Source: Takakia lepidozioides
Lineage: Eukaryota; Plantae; Bryophyta
Reading direction: 5' to 3'
DNA: 64,000 bases
Assembly: GCA_030704615.1 (NCBI GenBank)
Contig: CM060731.1
Location: forward strand, 89,218,001-89,282,000
How positions within the stretch are numbered: the stretch's first letter is position 1; every line of letters starts with the position of its first letter. This document shows positions 26,657-39,346 of this stretch, in pieces. The notes beneath the pieces are model-generated. The model was given only the letters and a program-made list of their open reading frames with translations. It was not told the DNA's origin and did no database searches. The position numbers and the translations under genes were made by a program.

Positions 26657-27200
26657 GAAACACAACATTATGTTATCTGGATTAGATATCTCATCGCATT
26701 ATTTCAGGTTTGAGAGGAAAGGCCGAAGTTTGAAACAAATCATAATGTTACGGATGTCAGGCCAATATACAAATGGGAATCCCAGTGGGAAGAAATGGAA
26801 TTGAAAGAAACTAACATACAATTAAGCTGGAATAGGGGACATTCAATTGTGACTGCAATATGGAATAAATGGAATGGACTAAATCAATGTCACAATTAAA
26901 CTGGAAATCTCAAAAGCTGCAGATCATTTAATTGGTTTCAAAAATCGTAAAGAATACTTTATTATTCAACAATGAAGAACGAAAACGGAGACATCGTTGG
27001 CGTTTAAATGTACAGTCATATATGCCTGCCTAAAACTGAGATGAAGGATTATATCATGGTGATTCATGACACCCCCAGTGAATCTCATGAAAACTTATCG
27101 GGTACCCAGAAAGTGATCCTACTGATTATTGTTGGTATTCGATGGAACCACATGGAGATTCTGAACTGGTTCAAGTACACTCCTGTGAGCCCGTGAAGAA

Positions 27201-27647
27201 TCAATCTATTTCTGATGATTCCGAATTGTCAGAACTTACAGTTGACGTAGGTGTGTATTGTACATGTGCCAAAAATGAGGCCAATGCAGCCGACCCGGGT
27301 CAGAGGTGTCTAAAGTATCCTATTGGTGAGTATTTTGGGGATCCCGGGGTATACCCTGGCGATGAGGGTGTATACTTTGGGTATGCCGGAGTGTACTCTG
27401 GGGTTGAGGGAGTGTACTCTGGTGATACGGGAGTATACTCCGGGGATCCGTGTGTATAATCTTGGGTATCTGACGTATACGCAGGGTACATAGCACATAA
27501 ATCATTTTATTCCGCCGATACTTCAGCTACAGGATCTCCGGAAGACCCTCCAAAATATTGTTCTAGAAAAGAACTTAAAGCTGCTGACCCGGGGGGAACG
27601 TCACAAAAATATCCTATTGGTGAATAATTGTCCTGACTACACCTCAT
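27201..27647 (-). pseudogene. 149-codon ORF with RNA Pol II CTD-like heptads (YTPxSPx)
   Basis: One frame with two internal stops; 21-bp tandem repeat at ~27325-27479 encodes YTHGSPE YTPVSPE YTPSTPE YTPAYPK YTPSSPG YTPGSPK YSPIG. Confidence 0.7.
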
Positions 27648-28753
27648 CTACGGCCCCACGTTCATTGCGGCTACTTAATATCACCATGCCATAGATGGCG
27701 GCCGACGAAAGTGACGAAAGCCGGCGGCCACTTTCGTCGCCGACTATTCGTTCTCTTGTATCATTAATTCAACATTGGATTTTCTGCTTCTCTGGTGCTT
27801 TGGATGTCAGATTCCAGATCTCAAATCAGTTAGTTATTCACATTGGACGCAATAACTTAGGGACCCATTTATGTTCGGTGGATTTCAGACTCCTACTTGA
27901 ATTTATGCTCTGGAGGACACATAATAGCCACTAGATTACACGAAAGAGCATGTCCAGGGCGACAATTTGTCGATCCATGACACTCCAAACGCACCTCTGT
28001 AATGTGAACACGTCGACCTCGTACTGTTTGACAATCCGTGTAAGAGCCTGCCCTGTGCACGCATGCCATTTTTTCCCTCTCAGTTGCTCTGGCTCGCTGA
28101 TCTTCGGGACTGTCTGTTTTACGTTCATTCTTCCCTTTGTACTCCTGTCAATATTGAGAGCCTCTCCATTTCATCTGGGTTTCTCTTCTGTCTCTCTGCT
28201 CCTCTGTTCCCATCCACTGTCTGCAAAGATCTTACATACACACCCGACCATTTTATGTACTTCGAATGATCACTTCGCACTACAGCTGTTTCGTTCATCC
28301 ATGTTTCATTTATTCATCCATTTGCTTGCTTGTTATCCGAAAGTCGTCTACCATTATTCATCCATCCTTCATTTCATCCATCAAAACCACGCCCGAACGC
28401 CCGTCGATGTGATTCTATTTCTGTTATGGAGTCATAGACAATGTTGTGCATTCGGGTCGTAGCTTTAGCAGATCCTTTAATTTTCTACAAATTTTTGTTT
28501 CGACCAATAGAGACCTACGTTCTACATTCTAGTAGACAATCCGAGAGTCCAAGTTCTATTTTCAATTTCAAAATCATTATAACCCTAAACGCGGGCGATT
28601 GCGCGAGGTTCCTTTTCATCTTCATCCTCAGTTTTTCTAAACAAACTTCAGTAACTTATTGTTTCACTCTTTCTTAGTGTCCATCGATATAGTGCCGAAT
28701 CATGAATCACCAGAATCTCTACTGTAGGATACACGCGCGATCACGCGCGGTTC

Positions 28754-31700
28754 GTGGAAATATCGTTGTTCCAAACTAGTCAACAAGTTTTCCTCACTCT
28801 TCAGGGCTCGAATTCTGTCGTCGCAACAGCAGAATGTCTCAACGTGATTGGTTGCGGAAGTTGCCATGGACGACAGCTAAACGGGTCCACAATATCTGTT
28901 GTTATAGTGTCTTGCGATCCGGCACATTCTTCTGTGTCGTTGCCATATCCGCAGATGGATGCGGACTCTTTGGGAGAAGCAATCGGAACACCTGTCGTTT
29001 GGGATATGGTGCAAATTCAAAAAGATATTGGGATTGACACCAACACCAACAATGAGGTTCCTCGGTTCTCGGAGGTCGAATTGACATCTGCAGTTGATTA
29101 CCATCCAAAATTCAATGAACAAATTGAATCTGACATGTCAAGGCCGTCTCCGAATAACGATGTTGCTATGGGTAGAGACAGTTGGAGAAATAAATTGTGT
29201 ATTCTCCTTGGAGATGAACAAAGTGCTTTGTACGAGGGCAGAATTCAAGCATGTCATCCTGACGAGGTGATACTTTGTGAGAAAGTTGGAGAACATCACG
29301 TCGGGGTGCTCGTTACAAGGATTTTGAATGGCGGTTCAGCCAATCTCATGTGTCTCGTGAACTGACCATTGATGCAGGTTGATTGATAGTGGCAGGACAT
29401 TGTCACATGAGCTTCATAGTTTCATCAATAGCCGGGAACAAACAGATATTGGTCACAACGAGAAAGGTGTGAAAAAAGCAGCATACCGGCATTTCAACAG
29501 ACCAAAAAAAAATCCGAAAAAAGACGATTCCAAAAAGATAAATATTCGCCTCTCTCTGCAGGCAGTTCGAGAAGTCAGCAGCAAACAATGTTGCAATTTA
29601 CAGTGTTGCCAATATTTCGACTGGAGAAAAACACTCGCTATCCGGACCGCTTATTGGGGATCCTCTTACGACGAACGGAGAGAGCTCGGTTTTGATGTTC
29701 CCAAAAGACTTCATCGAATCGACGGGGTTTCGACAAAGGCCTACATAACCATTGAGGGCGTTGATGTGTGTGAGACAGCTTGGTGGACAACTCACGGAAT
29801 CGATCGTTCAACCTACATGGAATACAAAAAACTAAGCAGAGAGGGTGTGGTTACATTGTTGCACGGGAATTCCGGAGTGAAACGGTCCCATTCACAAACT
29901 CGTCAAGCTGAAGGAAACTTATGTCGATTAAAAACGGAAATTCCGATCTCATGCCTCATAAGACCCGCTGTATTGGAGACGGACGGAGAGATACTCTTCG
30001 AGTTCTGCCACCTGAACTAAACTGGAAAAAAATTCGTGAGGAGTGTAATGAGATCAGTTCTTCTTCTTTTTACCACTTTCCGAATTCTATACTTTTGGGA
30101 CCTTCCCTGTTTTGCTTCCACGCAATGTATCAGACCTCTCACTATTAAAGCTCGGGTGATCGCGCGAGGTTCATTTCCCCTTGTCTATCTTGCAGGCGAA
30201 TAAAATATGTGGGTTGAAGCCTATCTCCCAGGCAGCCGTTAGCAGAATCAGACAACGGATTTTTCCCAATGTCGAGGTTAGAAAAAGCGGTAGCACGTTT
30301 GTCAAATGCACAGACTGTGAGATGCTCAAAGACCCGGTCAAACGTAGTGATGAGCAGGCCTTGCACAAGAAAGCACTTGAGAAGCACCTCAGGCTTCAGG
30401 AGTCTTGCAGGAAACTCTATCACAGCTGGAGGAATGAGTTAGCTATGATGCCGTCCGAGTTCCTCTGCATCATTCATGACAAGATGGATCATCGAAAAAC
30501 AGCTATTCCAAGGTTGCAGAAGACGAACAAGATGGTCTCCGGCTTAGGTCAGCTTCTAATCTCGCTAACCGGCATGGTCACCCACGGCCGCGGGGACGGA
30601 GCCTACGGACAGTACTCTCTGGACTTCTGGCCGAGAGACCCGAACTTCATGATTGGCTCTCTAGCAAGATGCCTCCGCCAACTAGAGAAGCCATCTTGCC
30701 GCGAAAGTCGTAACATCTTTGACCACCCACCTCAGAATTCATTTTTTGAATTTCTCATGAAGGGGGAATCGAGGTGTCTCGACGTCCTGAAACCTTTCGG
30801 CGATAAGGAGAAAAAAAAAGGAAAAGTCCCACTTCCGCGAAGACTCTACCTGCAGTTGGACAACTACGTGAAGGAAAACAAAAACAGGTGGATGCTGGCT
30901 TTTCTGTCGCTCCTAACTGCGAGAGGAGTGTTTGAGGAGATTCAGATGGGATTTCTCATGGTTGGCCATACCCATGAGGACATCGACGGATTCTTCAGTT
31001 TTTTATCGAAGAAGCTGAAGCAAAAGAACACCTACGTTCTCTCCGATCTTATGAGGTTTTTTATGATCTCTCAAGATTTGCAATTTATTCCTCAAATCAT
31101 TCAAGAGATGCCAGATTTCAAGGTGTATGTGGACGGTTGCATTCTCGATGGAAAAGAGGCTTTAATTGGGTAAACATAAATGCATGTATTTCGATTCTAT
31201 GTAGATGAAGATGGTTGGCATGTCATGAAGTTTAAGAAGTTTGCTACTGATTCTGAGTGGCTCCCCAAAAGGGGTGCGGTGAAGATGTGGAAGTCGAATC
31301 CCGATGGATCTCCAAAGTTGCCTGTAGCAGTACAATCCAGGGCTGTAAAAAAAACATCAGTTTGGGGTGTGGGAGATGACTCATCCGATAAACAGTCTTT
31401 TATCAAAACTGGAATTAAAAAATACAGGGAGTTCTGGAAGAAGGGGATGTTGTTTGACGATCATTATCGTGACATCATGATACAGTATAATCAATACTGG
31501 GAAGCAATCCTTGCAGAACTTGATCTTCCCATTCCTGGAGAATCACGACATTCAATCGCGCTTAAAGTGGGTTTTTGGCCCTCAACCAAGTGGGCTGTCA
31601 ACCACCACAGAGCTGGAATCCATACACCTACAGAGGATGATCTGTCGGAAGAAGATGAAGTCATGGAGCCGTATTGTGGCCCCCGGTGTGATAGACCGAA

Positions 31701-32127
31701 GCAGCCTCTAAATCCGTTCAAGGACATTGAAAACGGATTCTTCGTCTTGGTTCGATCAGTAGATACTGTGACGTTTCCAGTTTGGATGGGGATGGCAATA
31801 TCGGATGTGGTCCGCGACAGAGGATCCAAGAATTTTAAGAAGGTTCATGTCGAATGGTGGAGACCCAAGAAAGGAGGTAGCACTTCTGATTTGGACAGGT
31901 ACAGAGATTGTTGGTCCAAAGTTTGGGAGTTCAATCCAGATGATCCCCCTCAGTGGATTCACATTAACTCTGTCGTTTGGACAATGCCCGCCAGAAAAAA
32001 CATGACACGTAATAGCTCTAAGAAAATTACCGCGGTGGAGGTGGAGAAAGCACGAGCAAATTTGGATGAGGCCAATCAACAATCAGACAATGTAGACAAT
32101 GCAACCTCGGGCGGAGAACAAGGTTGA
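28754..32127 (+). pseudogene. DUF7869-type (probably Sola-related) DDD transposase with N-terminal Tnp1/EnSpm-like domains
   Basis: SLPYP...SLGEAIGTPVVW; FVKCTDC..H zinc motif; IIHDKMD, LYLQLDN..KENKN, FLMVGHTHEDIDGFFS; intron ~30052-30195; stops at 29363 and 31171. Confidence 0.8.
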
Positions 32128-32829
32128 CAAGGACATATTGTGGAGGTTCACTCCTCGGCATGTTTTCAAGAATAAAACTAATGTTTTACCTCCACTCTCC
32201 ATTTGTTTCACTTCACGTGTTCAAATATTAATCTACCTTCTTTGCCAGCCACCAGCTTTTTTCCGGACCTCATCTCTGTAACGTTTCAGGAACCTCGAGT
32301 GATCATCCGGAGTTCCTAGTTTTCTTAATGTCGCTGCTTCTTTCTCTTTGTAGTTCCTCTCTCACATTACATCCATTTCTTTTGGTTCTCTGGTTCTCAC
32401 CAAAGTGTCTTCTCCTCAACAGATTCGCCCATCTCCTTCATTCTTGGTCCACATGGTCATATTGTTGGGCTCAATATGATTGGTCTAAAAAATGTCCTGA
32501 GTATAAACCGCATGGCAATTTGTGAAAATTGTTGCTTCAATGGACAAGCTTTCTCGCGGTTTACTGCTTCTGAATCTTGTGAATCTTCTCCCATTACTCG
32601 TCAGTAGCTTTCTGTAAGTCTGGCTTCAAGTACAAAGTTACATTTCCTTTACTGCCTTTTCGGACTATCTTAAGATTCTTCTCAATTTTCTTCGTCATTA
32701 ATCAGTCCTGAACCTCGCTTTGCCACCTGTTATTCCGTGTCATCTCAGGTCAATTTATCTTGGGTCTGTTTATCTTATTAGGACCTTCTAAAGACAATAC
32801 TTCTGGGGCCTTCAGTCCTTACATTGTCC

Positions 32830-33260
32830 TCACCTTAAACCATATACCCTAAACCTAATTCGATGCGCATTCTTCAAGGGTTACAAGGTTGGGCATAATA
32901 GAATGGCCCTTGGGATATTTCATTTAAGTCTAATATCTTAGGTGACAAGTCACTTGTACACTTTCCCAGATTTCTGTCATTTTTTTACTCACATTCCATA
33001 ATTGTTTGTCCATTTATAGTTCTCTAAACAACCCTAAGCCCTTAAACGTAACTCCATTGTTTGATGCACATTCTTCATAGATTAGATACAATCTGTGGTT
33101 GGGAAATTTTATTCCCTAAACCCTAAATCATAGGTGACAAGTCATCTGTACCCTTCCCAATATTTTCTTTTCCATTAATACCGAGTACTATGGTTAGTAC
33201 CCTCGCAAACCCTATACCCTAAAACCTAATTTCAATGTTTGATGCTTATTTATTTATTAC
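32830..33260. repeat. ~190-bp diverged tandem repeat with CCCTAAA-like motifs near the end of block 1
   Basis: GGTGACAAGTCA at 32941 and 33133; ACCCTAAA-like motifs at ~32845, 33031, 33115 and 33216. Confidence 0.65.
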
Positions 33261-33298
33261 TTCCAATTTTGGGTACGGTCGAAGTGTGTCCCAATAGT

Positions 33299-33965
33299 AC
33301 AGCTCGGCACAGTCACAGCCCAACACAGCTTGGCACAGCCCGTCACAACGTACGTAGGGAACGGTTATCATTGGCAGGGAACGACATCTGCAGATGGAAC
33401 ATGTTTACTTCTTAGGTGACAGTTAGCTAGTTAGGTAGTTAGAACAGCTTGCAGGTAGATTAAGGAGTGCAGCAACAGGGAGGGGATATACTTCACGGGG
33501 AGCACTTCTTGGTCATACATGAGAGGAGATCAGGCGGAGAGCAAGAACGGGAACAAGGATGGAGAGCACGGTGAAGGAGGAGAGATGATTAGTAGATGCT
33601 TGTTACATGCAAAACTGTAATGATACTGTAGAGCAGATTAGAGACACAATGGCTTCGGCCTGATACCTGATAAATCTGAATCTGATACTTATTTGATACA
33701 ATCACACTGTGTAGAGAGACATGAGTGAAGCTGTGGAATGAATGGATAAGTGAATGGAACCTGGTAGACACAGTATACACAGTAAGGTAATTTGCTAACA
33801 TGAAGGCAAGGAGAAATACAAATAAGAAGCACAACCATGATTCACTAGCTGTAGGTCATGACTGATTGTTCTAAGCGGGCTGAGTGCTTAGAGATATCCA
33901 ACTCTTCTATCTTGGAGTTTCCACCTCGGATAGCGAAGGGATGGGTGAGTAAAAGCCGCTCGACA
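33299..33965 (+). mobile_element. 5' LTR (5'-truncated) of the same Ty3/gypsy element
   Basis: Reverse complement of 7601-8275; ends ...CCGCTCGACA and is followed by the PBS. Confidence 0.9.
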
Positions 33966-33967
33966 TT

Positions 33968-33985
33968 TGGCGACCATACTGGGGA
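33968..33985 (+). promoter_or_regulatory. Primer-binding site (tRNA-Arg-like)
   Basis: TGGCGACCATACTGGGGA 2 nt after the LTR CA; tRNA identity inferred from similarity to plant tRNA-Arg 3' ends. Confidence 0.75.
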
Positions 33986-34127
33986 ACTGGGTCAAGAACA
34001 ACCAGATGTGACAGGCATCTGGTGGGATCATGGTGGTTGGAGAATTAAAGAATTTGATGTTAATCAAATTCCCTGTGGAACTGAGAAAGAAAGGTTGTCC
34101 AAGAAATTCTTTTAGAGATTCTTAGAA

Positions 34128-34760
34128 TTGTCAGACGGTTGCAAAGAAAACATTCTTAAGAGAGTGCATGATGCAGATCCTGAGTGGGGTCTGGAGAAAG
34201 GAGTGATAAAGATTTATCAAGTGGCCTGTAGAGGGAGAGCAAGTTTGTTGCTAACACTGGTTTATGTGATAGCATTGCTATCCATTAAACGAGTGGAGTT
34301 TGAAGGCTGGGAGGAACGGAAAGTGAATGTTTACACTCATATGCATGAAGAGTTGGTACTGGTAAAGAATTGGATTCCTAAGGATATCCTGTGGATCAAA
34401 CTGACACCAAGAACAGCTTTTCAGATGTGCTTGCCATATGATTATATGGTAACAGAGACTTCTAGTATAGCCAAGGGTGCATTGAAGCTTGAAAGAAACC
34501 CAGCATATACGATAGATACTACAGAAGAGAGTTTTGGTTATTGCCTCATTGAAGATATGAAAGACATGGGACATGAGTAATGAAAGAGAAGCTAGACTTC
34601 ACAGATATTCAGCAAAAAGAAAAAGTTATTTGAAAGCTAATTATCCATATCTCTGGGAGAGAGGAATAGACATAGGAGAATCGTCTGGACCTCTCACACC
34701 ATTAAGATCGAAGAGTACATCACCCATACCGGAGGAACCAGAGTTGGATGCCACTCCTAT
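34128..34760 (+). pseudogene. Upstream ORF1 (34128-34580) and gag start (34573-34760) of the LTR element
   Basis: ORF1 stop overlaps the gag ATG (ATGAGTAA); the gag start joins in frame to 18061 leftwards (..LDATP-ILQERL..DLTEIFDKSW). Confidence 0.75.
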
Positions 34761-37700
34761 TTCCCACATCATTTGCTCTTAGGTTTCCAAAGCCTTAATC
34801 CCACACCCATGCTGCACATACCTTGCAATCATGACACTCCACAACACCACATCTCATTTAGCCATGTTGTTGAACTCTCCCTTCGCATCAGGCTTGCTGC
34901 ACCGACATTTGGCATACATGTCCACCAGGGCAGTGTTCAGAATGACAACTAGTACAATTTCAGCTTTGATGATGGCAAATGGCCAAGAGTTATCCCAATA
35001 TCCCGCTACCAATGAGTTCAATGCATATCCTTGTCACATTGGCAGTATCATGTCAAAGTCATTCCCAACTACATTCACTCAACAGCTAACTTGCAGAATT
35101 CAACATGAAAATTGAGGGCCGATTCTGATAAGAGGGGAAAACAGGGTGAAATGTGTTGAAGAAGGTGCCTTCATTAGCAGTGCCTGATTTTATCAATTGT
35201 GTCGCTGCTGCTGCGGCTTCCAGTTGACCATCTATTCATGCAGGTTTCTTGTATCTATCCTTCCACAGGGAATCATAGGTAACGTGGAGCTTGAAATCCG
35301 GCCCTCTTGGATGAATCTGGACACACACTCTATCCCTGCTCCTTCAGCTCTCTATGACACTGCAAAAAACAAACATACATCTTTGTCTTCCTGCTAGCAG
35401 CTGACAATGACAGCCTAGAATTGTTCTAGCAAACACCCCCAACCCTACTTATCAACGAGCAACGAGCTAACTTACAACATTCAATATGCATCTCAGGGCC
35501 AAGTCTGGTGAGAGGGCAAAACAAGCTGAAATAGGTCGAAGAATAAGGTGCCCAGGTTTCTTGTAGCTCTGATCCACTGGGAATCATAGGTAATCTTGTG
35601 CTTGATATCCTGCCCTATTGGATGAATCTGGACCCATACTCTATCCTTGCTCCTTCAGCTATCCCAGCCTCTGCACACATCACGCATACATCCTCGCCTT
35701 GCTTCGAACGGCTGACATTGACGGCCTAGATTTGTTCTAGCAAACACCCCAACCCTACTCATAACACACTAGTTCCTATGCTGTCTGCTTCTATCTGGAT
35801 TGTAACAGGCATTCACCTTTTTTCCTCGATCGTCCCACCATTGACTGGGGTCGAAAAAATATTCCTTCCACAACTTCTCCTCATCCCTATATGTTCTTGG
35901 ATACTTTCCTGTTGCCACATTGGCAGTCACATGCCAAAAAAATTTAGACCGCCATAGATCAACCCAACAAGCTAACTTGTAGAATTCAACATGGAAATCA
36001 GGGTCGACTCTGATAAGAGGGCAAAACAGGCTGAAATGTGCTGAAGAATGAGCCGTTACCACTTTGTCCTTGACCTCGTGTCATGGCAGCTAGCTTTTTT
36101 TTCAACCATGGAGGATTCAACCGACCAGCAACCCAACTCCTTTACTGAAACCAAGACGATCAAACTTGCTTCCGACTTCAGTGAGAGAAAACAGGGGCAA
36201 ACAAAGCAAAATTCACACATTTGCACAAGGCATACGCTCTTGCACACCCACTCCATACGCAAGGCCATGTCCTCTCGCTTGGCTCATACGAGAGGCCTCG
36301 CATCATGCCGAGCTGGAAATGATTTCGCACATGACGTATTTCTTCATGCCCCGATTCTAGGGTTTGAGTCCCTGTCTGCCCCCTATCCCACCAGCTCCGC
36401 TCGTCGTCTCTCATGATCAGACTCGACCCTAAAACAAAACAAACATAGCTCCGCCTTGTTCGACGTCTCTCATGATCAGACTCGACACTAAAAGAAAGCC
36501 GTCCTGATTGTCGTCTCTCACGATCAAACTTGACACAAAGAAAACAAACAGATGGCAGGGGAGACAAAAAAAACGCTAAGTCCCCTCTACTCATGACTAG
36601 ATGGATGAGAAGACATTACCTTTATCATGGTAATTCCACTGTGGAGCGATTGAGTTAAGAATCTAAGATCGTTATTTTTCAGATATGAGCCAGGCATGAG
36701 TCCAGGGAATTCTTAGGGAAACAGGGAACAGGGAACCAAGACAAGTTATTGAAAATAGATTTTCCCTTGTATTTGTTTTTTTTTATAAAGGGTGTTATGT
36801 TTAAAGAGCTTGGTTGGTCATATCTTTGTCAAATGAGCTCCGTTTGACGCAGTTTTGGGGGGGATAGCTGCAGAAAGGGGAAATCTACTTACCTAGTTTT
36901 AATTTTAGTTGGTTTTAGTTTTTTGGACCTGACCAAAAATCTATAGAATTTTTCTAATGTAAATTAGATCCTCGATAGATGGATGGATTTTGGGTTTTCC
37001 ATCAATACATCCATCCATTCATTTGTTTTTCCATTTTTTGGCCATTTTAATTTCATCCATTCATCCAAAATAAATCTTTAAATGAGTTTCACTGTCAGTT
37101 CATCCAATTGCTGTCAGCTCAGCGTTTGCATTATCATTCGTTCATACGTTCATCCAGTGCACAAAAGTTATGTTTGATACGTTCATCCAATAGTTGCCAG
37201 CAAGGCATTTGTGTATCATTCGTTGAGATAATACACACTAACCTTAACCAGCAGTGAAACAGTAGTTAAATATTTTTACTACTTATTATCCTCATACTTA
37301 ACGCGACCTAACAACCCTAAATTCGAGCACATTCATCCTAATTCATCCTAATCATTCATTCATTCACAGGGTGTGGCTTATTGCCCGCGAGCAATGATAT
37401 GTTGACACATCGTCATTTACAATCACATCCTGCATATGTTTCATCCATTTATGTTTGCATCGTCCACGTAAACACTCCTTGGGCAACCGGCAATCGCCAC
37501 GTGCAGTTGTGAATACTGGCAGTCATACATTCTCATGCCCACGTCATCTTGTTGCAGTTTTGGCCATGACTCCTAGTCGTATCTACCATCTTCCCCTATC
37601 TGGTCAAACGTGTTTTGACCGTAGATCCTGACGTGGCGGAGGTACAAGGTGGCATATACGACTTCTGTTGGTCACAAATGACAACCAGGACTGCCCCCTT

Positions 37701-37770
37701 GCATTTTGTAGACATATATGCTACGACTGGGCAAATGTGGCAAACGTTAAAGCCGGAATCTGTTGTAGTG
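34761..37770. mobile_element. Pack-CACTA arm 2 (PPR and OSB-PDF fragments on the minus strand)
   Basis: Ends ...AAAGCCGGAATCTGTTGTAGTG (rc CACTACAACAGATTCCGGC) followed by GAG; NTALVDMYAKC..DVVLWSVMIARYVQHG; LWKEYFFDPSQWWDDRGKK. Confidence 0.85.
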
Positions 37771-38270
37771 GAGAAAGTGTATGAGGGGGGTAGAGTTGGT
37801 GTTAGCATAGTGGGTACTAGTGGAGCTAGTTGCTTGTGTGTGTGGGGGGGAAGGTATTGCCTGTGGGTTAGTGTGTGGGTTCGTCTGGGGGTCATGAAGG
37901 AGGTTTGTTGTACATGAGCTCTCATGATGGGGGTAAAAATTTAATATGGGTGTATGGTGGGTAGAGAGTATATAATTAACTAGAGTGGGGGAAAGAGGAT
38001 AAGTGGACGACATCCATGGATGAATGAGTTCGGTGGGCTTTGATATAGATAGTGGGATAGACGTACAGTGTGGAGTGGTGGCAAGGTTGGGTGATGGTAA
38101 GTGGATCTGGATTGTGGTAGATGCTTGGCAGCTGAGAGGGTGGGAAGGTGGAGGAGAAATGGCTGTCAGGAATAGGATGCTAGAGGGGTGATGAAGAGAC
38201 CGTGTGATTGATTTGATATCACAAGAATTGATGAGGTAGGGGCTGAAAATGTGAGGGTGTAGATATGGCA
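37771..38270 (-). mobile_element. 5'-most part of the LINE (joins 19709 across the Pack-CACTA)
   Basis: Same C/A-rich His/Pro/Thr-coding composition as 19709-21245; GAG TSD shared with rc(19709-19711). Confidence 0.7.
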
Positions 38271-39346
38271 GATATATGACAACACAATTTTAAGTTAATC
38301 TGGACTAAAGTTTGGTCCAGAAATAAGGAGAAATATCTGAATATGTATTTTTTAATCATTTAAATGAATTTAAATGGATCATTTAAAATATAAATATAAA
38401 TATATAGATAATTGTTTGTCTATTAATATATAATATGAGCAATAAAGAAACATTATGTATAAACTTCAGGAGAAAAAACAGTTTATATTTGGCTCATAAA
38501 GCAAGTTCCACTGTTCACTCGACGTTTAGTAAGAGTTGAATGAGATACTAACAGTCAGTAGTTCAGTTGGTGAAGTGCAGTAAGTGCCACCAAGATGATT
38601 ATGGGGTCAAATCTTGCTACTGACGAGTGTGGTATGTTCATGGGTGGTGTCCCATTCCAACGCCACATGGTGGGGTTACTGTGAAAGAGATTATACTATT
38701 AAGGGGGCCTGATTTGTGAGTTGTAGCTCCCAGGTGTTTCCATTACATTAAAAAATAAATTTAAAAAACGGATGTCGGGTGATAACTCGTCTCATGATCC
38801 GCGGCCTGATGGATGATTAGAGCACCAGTCATATTCGTAACTGCGACTGAGCTTACGAAGGCCGTTACTATGTAACATACAAGATAAATCAATCAAATAT
38901 GTAAGCAAAACATGGCACAATGACACTATACCATGAAATGAAATGAAAGACAATGGGGAGACATTGATGATAAACAACCAGGTTTTATTTCAGATACATG
39001 TCAATTTGAGTAAGTCTCGCCCCATGCGGCATGGACCAATACAAGTAACGTAAACCATGTCAATGAGAGTATCAACTTCTAGAATGAGGGCTGAATTCCG
39101 TTAACACAAGACGATGTCGGCTAACGTACTTATGATGAGAATATTTTGAGGAAAGTCATTTCTCAAAATCACGATATTTTGACAAGGTTGGAGGGACCAT
39201 TTTCAAATCTGTATTCTTCCGTTGTTCCGAAGGTTAATGGAAGAAGTCCCTGAAATGTTGTCTCGAGAATCGTTGATATGGTGATGACCTCACAAAAAAT
39301 ATCCTCCAATATTACGCCAACCAACAATGTCTTGTGCGACCAAAGT

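Larger units (their letters stand above)
21246..33298. mobile_element. Large DUF7869-type DNA transposon, block 1 (transposase plus divergent cargo genes)
   Basis: Transposase on + at 28754-32127, cargo on -, shared palindromic motif; bounded by LINE and LTR sequences. Termini not identified. Confidence 0.7.

Noticed and set aside
27142-27459. Plus-strand GVYSGD-repeat ORF
   Set aside because: Antisense shadow of the heptad ORF; the minus frame extends further, has internal paralogy and a paralog at 39.4 kb.
7601-33965. Giant element with ~670-bp terminal inverted repeats
   Set aside because: These are LTRs (TG..CA, PBS, PPT) placed in opposite orientation by an inversion.
33260-38330. TIRs/TSD for the DUF7869 element at ~33298 and ~38280
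   Set aside because: No inverted match found by eye; termini remain undefined and may be lost.
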